From a virus (lineage: Duplodnaviria > Caudoviricetes), in the IMG/VR virus record IMGVR_UViG_3300017649_000012, positions 1 to 36,365 of that record: a stretch of 36,365 nucleotides of DNA; one strand, 5' to 3'. The translations under genes were made by a program, and so were the position numbers. Of this stretch, positions 1-8,937 are shown one piece after another. Numbering within the stretch: the first letter of the stretch is position 1; each line of letters opens with the position of its first letter. A model generated the notes under the pieces. It worked only from the letters and a program-made list of their open reading frames with translations. It searched no databases and had not been told where the DNA came from.

Positions 1-99
1 CATCGCAACATCGGCCTGTCGATTCTCGTACCCCTTGTGGCTGCGCTCGTAGTTGTCGTGTTCCAGGTTCGACAGCGCATCATTCAGTACGTCATTCAT
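1..99 (-). CDS. Hypothetical phage protein (N-terminus only; runs off the window)
   Basis: ATG at 99 overlaps the stop of the upstream 92..448 ORF; AAGGGG RBS-like sequence; reads MNDVLNDALSNLEHDNYERSHKGYENRQADVAM. Confidence 0.6.
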   Translation of the reverse strand, partial: MNDVLNDALSNLEHDNYERSHKGYENRQADVAM

Positions 100-448
100 T
101 GCTTTCCCCTTTCGTAGCGGCCATGGCGGCTCGGGCGTAGTCCTGCAATTGCTCGGCGCTGTAGAGGTCAACGTGACCGTCCCCCGCGTCATTGATGGCG
201 CTGCCCCAGGCGGCGGGCAACGGTGGCAGCGCCCGCTCATCGGCTACAGGGGCGCGCAGCTTGGATAACACGGCGGTTTCGATGGCGCGGCCCAGCTCCA
301 GGAGCCCGGCGTCGTCCATGATGGTCCGGGACGGGGCGCCCATCCCATGGAACCGCGTGATGTTCAGGCTGTCGCTCGCGTTGATGGCCGATCGCATGAT
401 CTCCTCGTCCGTCAGCACGGGCTGGGGGGTGTTGCTCTGGTTGGTCAT
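92..448 (-). CDS. Hypothetical phage early protein
   Basis: 118-aa ORF with ATGA overlap to the MTase stop and GAGG RBS; LTDEEI motif typical of phage accessory proteins. Confidence 0.75.
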   Translation of the reverse strand: MTNQSNTPQPVLTDEEIMRSAINASDSLNITRFHGMGAPSRTIMDDAGLLELGRAIETAVLSKLRAPVADERALPPLPAAWGSAINDAGDGHVDLYSAEQLQDYARAAMAATKGESNE

Positions 449-2244
449 GCTGCTTTCCTCAACAGAAGCTCCCGCGGGGCATTGGCGGCAATGAGCGCGA
501 CCGCCGGCGGCGGGCTGACGCTGTTGCCGACCATGTGAACCTGCTGGGATTTGGTGAACACGCGGCCATCGTGGCCGTGCGTGATGATGTAGCTACGCGG
601 GAAGCCCTGCAGGTCGTACAGCTCGGCCGGCGTGAGCATGCGCAGGCGGATGTCGACCACCACATAGGGATTGCCCTGGATGTAGACAGTGACCAGCGCT
701 AGGCGGTCCTTAGTAGTCAACGTGCTGGCCGGGTCGCGCAGGTCGCCCCACTGGCCGCCCTCGCCGTAGTAGCGCATCAAGAATGCCGCGACTTGAAGGG
801 CGCCTGCCTGGTCGTCGGGCGATAGGTCGTATTCCACGATGCCATGATGTTCTGCGCCGGCCGTGAGCGTTGGCAGCGTCTCGCCCATATCCCGACCGAT
901 ACAGTTGCGGCGCAGCGTCGTCAGGTGGGCCGTGATGAGCTGCTGCTGGCTACCGGTGTTGGTGATGGTGGACGCCGCCCGGCGCACGTCATGGGCCGGC
1001 GTGGTGTTGTAGCCGCCGTTCGCCTGGACCATCATGGCCGTACACACCTGATGGCTGACCGATGACGCTGTGAGCGTGCCCACCGGGTCGCCAGCATCGT
1101 TGCAGCCGCTGCCCCAGCGTCTGGCCCGGCCTGGCGTGCCTTCGCCATGACCGGCCTGGACCAGGACGGGTGCGATGACGGCGCTGTCGCCCTTGCGGGT
1201 GATGGTGTAATGCGGCTCGCTGGCTGGCCTGGGCTCGCTCTGGCCAGCCCGGCCACCCACGCCCGCCAGCACTGGGGCGACCACAGCATGTGATCCGCCG
1301 CGCGGCTTCGCCGTGACTGTGCTGATGGGCTGCCGCGCCGAGTGCGTGGCGTCGCGGCTCCAGTTGGCGATGGGCACGATGAACGGATCCGCGCAGTCCA
1401 GCACATACCGCTTCATGCCGCGCGCGATCCGGCGCATGGTGGCGTCGGCCAGTGGGCGTGCTCGGTTGAAGATGCTCCGTCCCTCGATGCTCCAATCAAT
1501 GCCATCAGCGGCCGCGCGCCAGCGTTTCTGCCCCTTGGTCGGGTTCTTGAAATGCGTGGGCAGCGGCCAAACGATGGGCAGGCTATCGCGGCGCGCCATC
1601 ATGAACAGGCGCGTGCGCGTCGTGCCGGCGCCGTAGTCGGCGGCGTTCAGTTCGCGCCATTCCACGGTGTAGCCCTGGCGGCGCAGGATCGCCACCAGAC
1701 GGTGCCAGTGCTTGCCCTGCTGCTTCGGGTCGGGCACCAGGTATTGTTTCTGCACGGGCACGCGCTCGCCTGTCTCGGCCACGCTGCCATCCAGCTTGAC
1801 CACGCGACCGGTGGCCGGGTCGCGTTTGGCGATCAGGCGGCCCCATTTCAGGATCTGGACGACGTTCTCCAGGCTGATGATGTCGGGTCTGACAGTGCCG
1901 GCCCAGCGCACGGCAACCCAGGCCAGGGCGCGGATGTTCTTGCGCCGCGGCTGGCCGCCCTTGGCCTGGCTGTGGTCGGTGCAGTCCGGCGACAGGTGCA
2001 GCCAGCCCACTGGCATGCCGCCGGTTGCCTGGCGCGGGCACACTTCCCACACGTCGGCGATGTAATGCCGGGCTTGCGGGTGGTTCGCTTCGTGCATGCT
2101 CAGGGCATCGGGATTGTGATTGATGGCGATGTGCACGTGCTGGCCGGTGGCCTGTTCGTAGGCGGTCGACCAGCCGCCGCCGCCGGCAAAAATGTCGACG
2201 ACCAGCTTGGGCGCCAGGCCCAGGACAAGTTGCGGGGTCAGCAT
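445..2244 (-). CDS. DNA (cytosine-5) methyltransferase, phage orphan type
   Basis: Motif I DIFAGGGG, catalytic SPDC, ENV (motif VI), TTRTRLF (motif VIII), RMLTPAEL..LQGFP (IX) and GNSV (X); start at ATG 2244 after GGAG. Confidence 0.93.
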   Translation of the reverse strand: MLTPQLVLGLAPKLVVDIFAGGGGWSTAYEQATGQHVHIAINHNPDALSMHEANHPQARHYIADVWEVCPRQATGGMPVGWLHLSPDCTDHSQAKGGQPRRKNIRALAWVAVRWAGTVRPDIISLENVVQILKWGRLIAKRDPATGRVVKLDGSVAETGERVPVQKQYLVPDPKQQGKHWHRLVAILRRQGYTVEWRELNAADYGAGTTRTRLFMMARRDSLPIVWPLPTHFKNPTKGQKRWRAAADGIDWSIEGRSIFNRARPLADATMRRIARGMKRYVLDCADPFIVPIANWSRDATHSARQPISTVTAKPRGGSHAVVAPVLAGVGGRAGQSEPRPASEPHYTITRKGDSAVIAPVLVQAGHGEGTPGRARRWGSGCNDAGDPVGTLTASSVSHQVCTAMMVQANGGYNTTPAHDVRRAASTITNTGSQQQLITAHLTTLRRNCIGRDMGETLPTLTAGAEHHGIVEYDLSPDDQAGALQVAAFLMRYYGEGGQWGDLRDPASTLTTKDRLALVTVYIQGNPYVVVDIRLRMLTPAELYDLQGFPRSYIITHGHDGRVFTKSQQVHMVGNSVSPPPAVALIAANAPRELLLRKAA

Positions 2245-2666
2245 GCTCCAGCTCCTTGGGGAGCGGCGGGCAGAGGCATCCAATGCGTGGGTTCAGAGTA
2301 AGCGTCGTCACAGTTATCGACATTTACCCACTCGCCGTGTTTGAACATGGTGATCCCGTAGGATCTGCCGTACACCGTAGCGGCCTCGGTAGCGCCAGTC
2401 CAAAATGCCAGCACAGGCGTGCCGTCCTTCGGCGCAGAACTTATCGGCTTCCAGCCGGCGGGGATGGGGGCGGTGGGAGCGGGCTCGGTCACCGCGCCAT
2501 GCGATATGACGCCGACGCGGCGCAGGTCGGCATCCAGGCGATCAATGACATGCAGCGCGGTGCGCAGGTCGTGCCGGCCGACGAGGCAGGTGTTCGGGCC
2601 TTCTCCGGCCGACGGCGCGGCATAGGACGCCTCGCGCAGGCGGGCGATGGCGGTATGAAATGTCAT
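2238..2666 (-). CDS. Phage protein with C-terminal DUF551-like domain
   Basis: WKPISSAPKDGTPVL...EPTHWMPLPAAP signature; ATG 2666 overlaps the upstream stop. Confidence 0.8.
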   Translation of the reverse strand: MTFHTAIARLREASYAAPSAGEGPNTCLVGRHDLRTALHVIDRLDADLRRVGVISHGAVTEPAPTAPIPAGWKPISSAPKDGTPVLAFWTGATEAATVYGRSYGITMFKHGEWVNVDNCDDAYSEPTHWMPLPAAPQGAGAC

Positions 2667-3019
2667 GTTGCGAGTTCCCTCCAGGTGACGACGTTGCTGG
2701 CGGCGACGATGAGGCGCGGCTGGACAGCCGCTGCTCGCGCGGCGGTGACGCGCATGGACAGGCCGTAACGCAGCGGCGGACGGACGACGGGACGGTACGG
2801 CGGCGGCGTCGCTTCGGCGCGCAGCTCCAAAAATCGGAGCAGGTAGGGCAGGAGCGAGTCCGGCGTGATCTCCATGGGCACCGGCCATCCGGTGCGCTCG
2901 GCGATCATTTCCGCCATCTGGATTACCGTGGTGGACGGTCTCACCGGCGCGCCCAGGCGGCGCAGCTGGTCGCCGGCCATGCGCCGAGCGATCTGCATGT
3001 CGGAACTGTGGTATTTCAT
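2663..3019 (-). CDS. Hypothetical phage protein
   Basis: MKYHSSDMQIARR...; ATG 3019 with GGAGG RBS, coupled to the ATPase stop. Confidence 0.7.
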   Translation of the reverse strand: MKYHSSDMQIARRMAGDQLRRLGAPVRPSTTVIQMAEMIAERTGWPVPMEITPDSLLPYLLRFLELRAEATPPPYRPVVRPPLRYGLSMRVTAARAAAVQPRLIVAASNVVTWRELAT

Positions 3020-4794
3020 GCGGCCTCCCTCATTGCCTGCTGGCCCGCGTGGCCGTGGTCGATCCAGAAAACGGTGAACAGTTCGGTGGGCGCGGCCGGC
3101 GGGGCCTTGAGCGTGCCCAGCAGCAGGATGGTGTCGAAGTTGCGCTCGTCGGCCAGGGCGTCGACCAGGCCCAGTGCATCGCCGCGGCCCGGCAGATCCA
3201 GGCAGTCGAAGCGGTCCAGGATCAGGCAGCGCAGGCCCGATATTTCGGCCAGCGCGGCGCCCACCAGCGCATCCACGCGCCAGCGCTCGGATTCCGACAG
3301 CAGGCGGTAGGGCCGGCCGCCCCAGGTGATGCCCATGTCGCCGCCGATGGCGGGCGCGCGCCAGCCCGCCAGGTCGGCCAGGTCGGCCAGCTTGGTGTTG
3401 AACGGCTGCAGGGCCTCGGCCAGGATCTCGCCGGGGATGCCGTCCGGCGACAGCGCGTCGGCGATGGCGCCCCATGCCAGCACCTCCTGGTGATAGCGCG
3501 CGGCGTTCGCGGTACGCTCGGCAGCGCTGACTGCCGCCCGCTTGGCGTTGAGCAGCCCCTGGACGACCGCGTCCAGGCTCTTGCGTTCGGCCTGGAGCGC
3601 AGCCAGGCGCGCACGCACGGCCTCTACGTCGGCGCGCTCCACGGCCTCGGGCGCAGTCGCGCCGTCCAGGCTGGCGGCTGCCTCCTCGGCTGCGGCGATG
3701 TCGCGGCGGTCGTTCTCCACGCTACGCGCCATGAGGTCGCGGGCCTCGATGGCCTTGGGCAGGGCCGCGGCAGCCTCGGCGTCTCCGGCGGCGTCGGGCT
3801 TGCCGTATTGGGCCTCGTAGCGGCGCAGCGCGTCCTGTGCCGCGCAGTCCTCATCGCTCAAATCGTCGAGATTGACATACGACAGCAGGTAGCCCGTCGC
3901 ACGCGCCAGATCGTGGATCAGACCGTGACGAGGGCCGGCCCCGGCTTTGGCCTGCAGGGCGTCCACGTGGGCGACCGCCTTGGAATGCTCGGCCAGGTCA
4001 AATTCCAGCTTCTGGCGCAACGCAGGCAGTTTCGCGGCCCTGGCCCGGCGGGCCGCGATCTGGTCGCGCGCGGCCGCGTATGCTTCGGCTTTCTGGGCCA
4101 TCTGGCCCAGGCTCTGGTTGGCGGCCGCGATGCGCTCATCCAGCGCCGTCAGGTCTGCGCTGGCGCGCTCCAGCGCGACGCGGTCAAAGGGGGGGATTTC
4201 GGCGGCCCAGTCCCGTGCCTTTTTCTCACCATAGGTTTCGCCAGTGGCGGCACGCCACGCGCCTTTGGCCTGAGTGGCCTGCTGCCGGGCAAACTCCGCG
4301 CCCGGCCCGAATCCGGTGCGCAGGATCGGCTTGATCTGCGTCACCAGCGCCGGCACGCAGCCGCGCGCGAGCAGGCGTTTCTCGATTTCGTCAGGGGAAA
4401 TGCGAGTCCCCGTCAGGCCAAACAGCAATTTGCGGCGGTCGTCGGCCGCGGCGGCCGCGAATGTCTCCGGTGCCAGAACGAAGGGCAGAGCGGGGGACTG
4501 CGGGACGAGGGCCTCGCCCGACTGCGTACCCTTGGGCAACGAGAACGATACCGGGCCGGTGTCCAGCTCCAGGGCGACGCTGCCAAGCTTGGCGCCGTCG
4601 GTGACCAGAAGGGGCAGTTCCTTTTTCAGGCCGACGCGTTCCGGCGCGCCCAGCAGCGCCAGGCGCACGGCCTCGGCGATGCTGGATTTCCCCGCGCCAT
4701 TGGGGCCGGCGATCAGCGCCACGGGCGTGGCCAGGGCGATCTGGGCGGCGCGCACGCCCTGGAAATTGTCGATGGTGATGCGCGAGATTCTCAT
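3016..4794 (-). CDS. SbcC/Rad50-like (SMC-type) ABC ATPase
   Basis: MRISRITIDNFQG start, Walker A GPNGAGKSS, long Ala-rich coiled coil, degenerate signature LSESE, Walker B LILDRFD. Confidence 0.88.
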   Translation of the reverse strand: MRISRITIDNFQGVRAAQIALATPVALIAGPNGAGKSSIAEAVRLALLGAPERVGLKKELPLLVTDGAKLGSVALELDTGPVSFSLPKGTQSGEALVPQSPALPFVLAPETFAAAAADDRRKLLFGLTGTRISPDEIEKRLLARGCVPALVTQIKPILRTGFGPGAEFARQQATQAKGAWRAATGETYGEKKARDWAAEIPPFDRVALERASADLTALDERIAAANQSLGQMAQKAEAYAAARDQIAARRARAAKLPALRQKLEFDLAEHSKAVAHVDALQAKAGAGPRHGLIHDLARATGYLLSYVNLDDLSDEDCAAQDALRRYEAQYGKPDAAGDAEAAAALPKAIEARDLMARSVENDRRDIAAAEEAAASLDGATAPEAVERADVEAVRARLAALQAERKSLDAVVQGLLNAKRAAVSAAERTANAARYHQEVLAWGAIADALSPDGIPGEILAEALQPFNTKLADLADLAGWRAPAIGGDMGITWGGRPYRLLSESERWRVDALVGAALAEISGLRCLILDRFDCLDLPGRGDALGLVDALADERNFDTILLLGTLKAPPAAPTELFTVFWIDHGHAGQQAMREAA

Positions 4795-4795
4795 G

Positions 4796-5467
4796 TCATT
4801 CCTCCTCATCAACCGCCGACTGCTCGTCGTGCCACGATTTCCACCCCTTGACCCACTGGATGCAGAGCTGACCGTCCATGACTGGACATGCCGATTCGGG
4901 TCGGCCTTCGCTTGCGGCCCGGTAGCCGTCTTCGAATGCCCGTTCCAGCTCCTCCTCGCTAGGCCCATCCGGCGGTGCAGGCAAAACGCGGATCTCTGCA
5001 TCCACGATGTCGTCGTCCATACCGTCACCGTCCTGATCCGTGTATTCCTTGCCCAGGTTCATGGCGCGCTGGTCAGGTTCTCCACGTACTTGATCCATGC
5101 CAGAGATGTGCTCGCCGACAGACGCCACGGTGATCAGCACCGCCTTGCCCTGGGCGTCGTAGAGTTCGTGAAGCGATTCCGCGCCCCGGCTGATCTTGAT
5201 GACGGCCTTCGCCCCGTCCTTGATGGTCACCTGGTCTAGGTCGCCCACGACCACGGTGCGGCCCTGGCTGGCGATCAAGTGCACGGCCATTCTGATGTTG
5301 TCGGCGACTCGCTCGCGCAGGCGGTCGATGATGTCGTCCTGCTTGGCTTGGGAGAGCTTGTGCCAGGGCTCCGGCAACAGTTTCAGCTCCTGGACGAGGG
5401 CCGACAGCAGATCGCGGCCCACCGTGTCGGCGGCCATGGCTCGGGGGTCTTGAAATTCTTGGGTCAT
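4796..5467 (-). CDS. Phage protein with C-terminal ribosome modulation factor (Rmf)-like motif
   Basis: ATG 5467 after AGGA; C-terminus ERAFEDGYRAASEGRPESACP...QWVKGWK matches the Rmf pattern A..GY.A...GR....CP......W..GW. Confidence 0.7.
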   Translation of the reverse strand: MTQEFQDPRAMAADTVGRDLLSALVQELKLLPEPWHKLSQAKQDDIIDRLRERVADNIRMAVHLIASQGRTVVVGDLDQVTIKDGAKAVIKISRGAESLHELYDAQGKAVLITVASVGEHISGMDQVRGEPDQRAMNLGKEYTDQDGDGMDDDIVDAEIRVLPAPPDGPSEEELERAFEDGYRAASEGRPESACPVMDGQLCIQWVKGWKSWHDEQSAVDEEE

Positions 5468-5560
5468 CTTGGGTTGTCCTGAAAATCTGGTCGAGGCGTG
5501 TAGGGGTTTGGGGCTCCCCGCACTGGCGCGGCGGGGATTTGCGGACATTCGCCGATGGCG

Positions 5561-6733
5561 TTATTCCGGCGCCTGCACGCGGCGGCGCTGGGTAGGCGCG
5601 CGCTGGGCCGCGGCGGTCATGGACAGGCGGCGCTGCTGGTAGAGCTGGTGCAGGCGGGCGCGCTCGCCCAGGTCCAGTACGCCGTCGATGGAATCCGAGG
5701 CCACGTCCAGCACGTCGATGGTGGTCGCGCTCATGAGCTGAGCCTGAACCTTCGCCGGATCCAGGCCGAGGTCGTCGCCGCTCGGATCGGTGCCGGGCAG
5801 GTCGGCCCGCTGGTGCTGGTCGTCTGCGCGGGCGTCGTCCACTGGCTCCGCGGCGGGGGCGGTGTCGGTCGTGTTCTGCGCATCCGTGGCAGCGCTGGTG
5901 GGGCGCGCTTCCACGTCCGTGACATTGGTGGCCGAGGCGCTGGACTGACGCTGCGTCGGCGCGGCCGAGGCGCGCAGCTCGTCCACGTTGACGCTGATGG
6001 TGCCGTCGGGGCCCGTGGTTGCCTCGATGATGTCCTGGGCCTCCTCGACCGTCTGCAGGCCCATCAGCAGCTCGGGCGCATACAACTTGCCGAAAAAGCT
6101 GGCGGTGCGGTAGCGCAGCATGACCTCGTCCATGGTCTGCCACTTGCTGCCGTTCTTGGTGTACCAGCCTTCGAGGACGGCCATTTCGATCGATACGGCA
6201 GGCGACTCCAGGCGCTCGCCGGTCTCCTTCTCGATGGCCCAGGCGACGCAAACCTTGTCGACGATTTCGACCTTCTCGACCTTGCTGCGGCGTTCGCCAG
6301 CTTCCCAGTACGTCGACTTGTAGTCGATACACTTGGGGCCCAGAACTTTGATGTCGAAGCGCAGCGGGGAAAACCGGCCGCAGCCGTTCACGGCCGCGAT
6401 GATCCATTGCGAGGACCAGGACGGGCGGCCCTCGACGATGTACAGGTTCTGCATGACCATGAGCGGGTCGGCGCCCATGCGCTGCGCCATGTTGAGCGCC
6501 ACGACGGCGTTCGCCAGGGCGTTGGGGTTCTCTCGGCTCTCCTTGACGTTGCCGTAGCGGTCCAGCTTCTCGATAACCTTGCGGTACTGCGCGGGTACGA
6601 GCGTGCTGCTGGCGAGCAGATTGGCGGCGCGCTGCATGAGCTCGAAACTCTGCAGGCTGCCGAATCCGGGGGCGACGCTGGGAAGGTTAGCCTCGCTGGG
6701 CGCGCGCAGGTTCTGAATGGTGGTTTGGGACAT
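5561..6733 (-). CDS. RecT/Bet-like single-strand annealing recombinase
   Basis: MAQRMGADPLMVMQNLYIVEGRPSWSSQWIIAAVN and W.TM.EVMLRYR...FF..LYAPELLMGL core, acidic low-complexity tail; adjacent to an exonuclease. Confidence 0.8.
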   Translation of the reverse strand: MSQTTIQNLRAPSEANLPSVAPGFGSLQSFELMQRAANLLASSTLVPAQYRKVIEKLDRYGNVKESRENPNALANAVVALNMAQRMGADPLMVMQNLYIVEGRPSWSSQWIIAAVNGCGRFSPLRFDIKVLGPKCIDYKSTYWEAGERRSKVEKVEIVDKVCVAWAIEKETGERLESPAVSIEMAVLEGWYTKNGSKWQTMDEVMLRYRTASFFGKLYAPELLMGLQTVEEAQDIIEATTGPDGTISVNVDELRASAAPTQRQSSASATNVTDVEARPTSAATDAQNTTDTAPAAEPVDDARADDQHQRADLPGTDPSGDDLGLDPAKVQAQLMSATTIDVLDVASDSIDGVLDLGERARLHQLYQQRRLSMTAAAQRAPTQRRRVQAPE

Positions 6734-6736
6734 GGT

Positions 6737-7540
6737 TCAACCCTTGTATTTGCAGGTGGGATGGCGCGGGCAGTACTTGCCCGAACAGAGAACGGATTTG
6801 GGGTTGGCGTAGAAAGCGCCGCTGTGGATGAGGCGCGAGGCGTGCTGCAGCAGCCCGGGCGATTCCTCGGTGCCGACGAGCGCATCACGGGTGCCGGCTA
6901 TTTCGGCGGTGCCCACGCGCTGGGCAGCGGCGGTTTTGCCGGTCTGCAGGCCGATGATCTGCGCGGGTGCCGTGATCGGTTGGCCTACGGCGTACTGCGC
7001 CAGGATCTCGTACACGCCCATCTGCGGGCCGTGGCCGGCGGTGGCCACGGCACCGTCGGCGCCCACGGCGCGCGCACCGCTTTTCAGGTCAGCGATGCCC
7101 AGCTCGCCGGTGGGCGTGCGCCGCACGCGGTCGGTGGTGCCGGTGAGGGCGAGGCCCAGCTCGGGAATCTCCATGCGCTCGCAGGTGAGCTCGACGGCGA
7201 CGTAGTCCTGCCGCGGCGCGATCTCGGCGCAGTAGCGGGTGTGCAGGGCCAGGGCGATGCGCTCGGCGTCCTGCGGCCGCGCCTCGTCCCAATCCACCTC
7301 CTCGGTGGTGTCGTGCAGGGTCTTGACCAGCTCGCCGGCGGCGTCATCGGGTGTGATCGGGCTCCCGTTCAGCCTGGCCTGGTCGAAAGCGGCCGTGCCG
7401 GCGTGGATTGCCGTGCCCAGGCGCGCGGCGCCCGAGGACGGCATACGCATGCCAAGCAGGTTCTTGGCCTCCCAGCGCGCCGGGCAATCGAACAGCTCGG
7501 CAAGGCTGGACGCGCGGATCGGAATAATGCGTTGCATCAT
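6737..7540 (-). CDS. PD-(D/E)XK RecB-family exonuclease with Fe-S cysteines (Cas4/AddB-like)
   Basis: SSL..LFDCP, GTAIH, GTTD...IADLKSG, Q..VY motifs; one N-terminal Cys plus C-terminal CSGKYCPRHPTC. Confidence 0.87.
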   Translation of the reverse strand: MMQRIIPIRASSLAELFDCPARWEAKNLLGMRMPSSGAARLGTAIHAGTAAFDQARLNGSPITPDDAAGELVKTLHDTTEEVDWDEARPQDAERIALALHTRYCAEIAPRQDYVAVELTCERMEIPELGLALTGTTDRVRRTPTGELGIADLKSGARAVGADGAVATAGHGPQMGVYEILAQYAVGQPITAPAQIIGLQTGKTAAAQRVGTAEIAGTRDALVGTEESPGLLQHASRLIHSGAFYANPKSVLCSGKYCPRHPTCKYKG

Positions 7541-7554
7541 GTTGGCTCCGGGGG

Positions 7555-7713
7555 TCAGTGGTTGTGGGGCGCAGTGGCTTCGGCGTGCGCCGTGATGGCT
7601 GCGGCTTCGTCGGCCTGTTGGACATAGCCGTAGCCGACGACGGCGCAGACGATGGCGATGGCCGCGACGGCATGGTCGCGGTCGAGGGCACGCAAGAGGC
7701 GGCGGATCATCAT
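7555..7713 (-). CDS. Small single-TM membrane protein (52 aa)
   Basis: Read manually (below the ORF track cutoff): MMIRRLLRALDRDHAVAAIAIVCAVVGYGYVQQ...; start overlaps the upstream TGA. Confidence 0.65.
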   Translation of the reverse strand: MMIRRLLRALDRDHAVAAIAIVCAVVGYGYVQQADEAAAITAHAEATAPHNH

Positions 7714-8072
7714 CAGTTCCCCCCAGCGGTTTCAGCCTCGCCAAAGCAGCACGGGCCGCACAGTTCGGTGGGGTGCACGGTCGGCTTCTGTCCGCAGACC
7801 TGACAACCTGTGCCCCAATCCTTGTCGCCATCTTTCAGCGTGTCGCAGCGCGCGGCGGCACCGTGCTCCTGCAACTGGACCTGCACTTCGGCATGAATCT
7901 GGTCCATCGACCCCACCTCGTGCAGACGAGCAAGGCGACGAGCCTCCGGCGTGCCGGACGCGAAATCGACCGAACGCCCACGCTGATGACCCACGCGGTA
8001 GCCGCCGCCGACGACTTCCGCCAGAAAGTGGCCGTCATGGAAGAGGGCGAGGATGTTGCTGGTGGGCTTCAT
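7713..8072 (-). CDS. Hypothetical protein with C-terminal Zn-finger-like CxxC-x10-CxxC
   Basis: CQVCGQKPTVHPTELCGPC; ATGA coupling with the upstream gene. Confidence 0.7.
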   Translation of the reverse strand: MKPTSNILALFHDGHFLAEVVGGGYRVGHQRGRSVDFASGTPEARRLARLHEVGSMDQIHAEVQVQLQEHGAAARCDTLKDGDKDWGTGCQVCGQKPTVHPTELCGPCCFGEAETAGGN

Positions 8073-8383
8073 GCCTGCTCTCCCTTGGCCTTGGCGATGG
8101 CGGCGCGGCTGGCGATGATGAATTGCTCCGGAAGGTAGCTGTCGCCGCTGTAGGGACGCTCAGGACCACAGCACTCGGAGACTATGGCGAGCAGGGCTTC
8201 CAGCAGCTCCGGCGCGGCGGCGATCAGATCGGCGCGGGCATTCATGCGGTTGATATCGCCAAGTGCGCCACGCAGAGAAAGCGCGCAAACAGTCAGGCCA
8301 GATTCGTCTTCCACAATGACTCGCGGGTTACTGACAATCCCTGCAGCCTTGCGCCATGGGCCGAATGTGTGATTCGTCGTCAT
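8069..8383 (-). CDS. Hypothetical phage protein (HTxGPW / LIAAAPELLEAL family)
   Basis: MTTNHTFGPW...ARADLIAAAPELLEAL...ARAAIAKAKG pattern common in phage early regions; AGGAG RBS. Confidence 0.8.
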   Translation of the reverse strand: MTTNHTFGPWRKAAGIVSNPRVIVEDESGLTVCALSLRGALGDINRMNARADLIAAAPELLEALLAIVSECCGPERPYSGDSYLPEQFIIASRAAIAKAKGEQA

Positions 8384-8481
8384 GCTTCGCTCCTGAAAAT
8401 GGCCATGACGCGGTCGCCCAGCACGGCCAGCGGGTAGGCGGCCAGCAGGCCGCAAGCGGTGAAGAGGAGGAAGGCCGTCAT
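8380..8481 (-). CDS. Small hydrophobic protein (33 aa)
   Basis: MTAFLLFTACGLLAAYPLAVLGDRVMAIFRSEA; ATGA overlaps at both ends. Confidence 0.55.
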   Translation of the reverse strand: MTAFLLFTACGLLAAYPLAVLGDRVMAIFRSEA

Positions 8482-8564
8482 TTGCGCCGCCCCTTGCGGC
8501 GCGCGAGCAGGTCGCGCACCTCGACGGCGATCAGCACGATCCCGATGAGCAGGAATCCAGCCAT
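8478..8564 (-). CDS. Small hydrophobic protein (28 aa)
   Basis: MAGFLLIGIVLIAVEVRDLLARRKGRRK; TGATG overlap and GGGAG RBS; TM segment plus basic tail. Confidence 0.55.
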   Translation of the reverse strand: MAGFLLIGIVLIAVEVRDLLARRKGRRK

Positions 8565-8920
8565 CACAGGCTCCCATCGTGCGCGGGGTGTGCCAGCAAC
8601 ATCCTGGCGCGCGACACCAGCTCGGCGCGCAGGGCCTCGACGCCTGCGGCGCCGGCACGCTGATCGAACGGCCATTTGCTGATCGCGGTCAGTGCCACGC
8701 CGGCGGCGGCCCGAGGGTCGAGATCGCATTGCAGCGTCTCGATCCACCAATCCAGGCGTTCGCCGAACGCGACCTGGGTGCGGCGGGCGAACAGATCGCA
8801 CAGCACGCCGAGGATGGCCTCGTCGTCCAGTTCGGGGACAGGGACGACCGCCTCGCCCGGCAACTCGCCGTGGTCGGCGGTGCGGGTGGCGTCGTCGCTC
8901 GGAATCAGGAAGTCGGACAT
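8564..8920 (-). CDS. Hypothetical phage protein
   Basis: 118 aa, strong AAGGAG RBS. Confidence 0.75.
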   Translation of the reverse strand: MSDFLIPSDDATRTADHGELPGEAVVPVPELDDEAILGVLCDLFARRTQVAFGERLDWWIETLQCDLDPRAAAGVALTAISKWPFDQRAGAAGVEALRAELVSRARMLLAHPAHDGSL

Positions 8921-8937
8921 CGTTTTCTCCTTCCCCG

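Noticed and set aside
6737-7540. Cas4-like nuclease as a sign of a CRISPR system
   Set aside because: No repeat-spacer array or other cas genes; the context is a phage exonuclease/annealing pair.
5555-7627. 690-aa plus-strand ORF (likewise 3049..4851, 25562..27199, 20777..22042 and other long overlapping ORFs)
   Set aside because: Antisense shadows of well-supported genes; expected from high-GC codon bias; no motifs or RBS.
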